A stretch of DNA of 64,000 nt from Bacteroidales bacterium UBA3724. Lineage in GTDB: Bacteria > Bacteroidota > Bacteroidia > Bacteroidales > P3. The translations under genes were made by a program, and so were the position numbers. This document shows, one piece after another, positions 63,870 to 64,000 of this stretch. The notes beneath the pieces were generated by a model. That model worked only from the letters and a program-made list of their open reading frames with translations, did not search any database and was not told where the DNA came from. Position 1 is the first letter of the stretch, and the number at the start of each line of letters is the position of its first letter. Where the stretch lies: the NCBI GenBank assembly GCA_002371315.1, contig DFHL01000013.1:5742-69741 (forward strand), in the 5' to 3' direction.

Positions 63870-64000
63870 ATGAGTAGTTTTGAAATAGAAGGTGGCTGCA
63901 AGCTAAGAGGTACAATCGTGCCGCAAGGTGCCAAGAACGAGGCCTTGCAGGTGCTGTGTGCCGTGCTTTTGACAGAGGAGAGGGTGGTTATTGAGAACGT
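63870..64000 (+). CDS. murA: UDP-N-acetylglucosamine 1-carboxyvinyltransferase (5' end, truncated by the window)
   Basis: MSSFEIEGGCKLRGTIVPQGAKNEALQVLCAVLLTEERVVIEN. Confidence 0.88.
   Translation, partial: MSSFEIEGGCKLRGTIVPQGAKNEALQVLCAVLLTEERVVIEN

Overview
This is a 64-kb chromosomal segment with Bacteroidales hallmarks. Several genes are preceded by exact TTTG-N19/21-TAnnTTTG promoter boxes. Lipoprotein lipoboxes and a T9SS C-terminal sorting domain are present. The housekeeping set includes RelA/SpoT, MazG, LptF/G, RseP, Dxr, PpiD, Cdd, Dus, SmpB, LysC, AroB, GlmS, MnmG, YbeY, DeoC, RpiB, NadA and MurA. I call about 57 protein genes and two tandem tRNA-Lys(UUU). I recognise no rRNA, CRISPR array, transposase or integrase.

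Main points of interest:
1. A tightly coupled six-gene Hdr/DsrMK-like Fe-S/flavin operon led by a VOC-fold protein (3.5-9.6 kb).
2. A ThrC-like + AONS-like + SDR cluster that fits the capnine/sulfonolipid pathway (21.1-24.7 kb), and a separate serine-palmitoyltransferase-like + GNAT pair (54.8-57.1 kb).
3. An accessory insert between that cluster and smpB carrying an AAA-ATPase/PD-(D/E)XK fusion and a DUF1016-type nuclease gene. The nuclease gene is bracketed by a ~68-bp duplication of the smpB upstream region plus its first 11 codons.
4. A five-copy dispersed intergenic element built from 11-bp-phased TTTGGTA heptamers that I cannot assign to any named family.
5. Smaller sequence features: strongly C-rich (G-quadruplex-prone) tracts, a 4 x 22-bp direct-repeat array on a promoter, a 12-bp microsatellite, an 18-bp palindrome family, and an AT-rich islet with a decayed T9SS-cargo gene.

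All calls rest on reading the sequence and ORF translations by eye. No database search was run.
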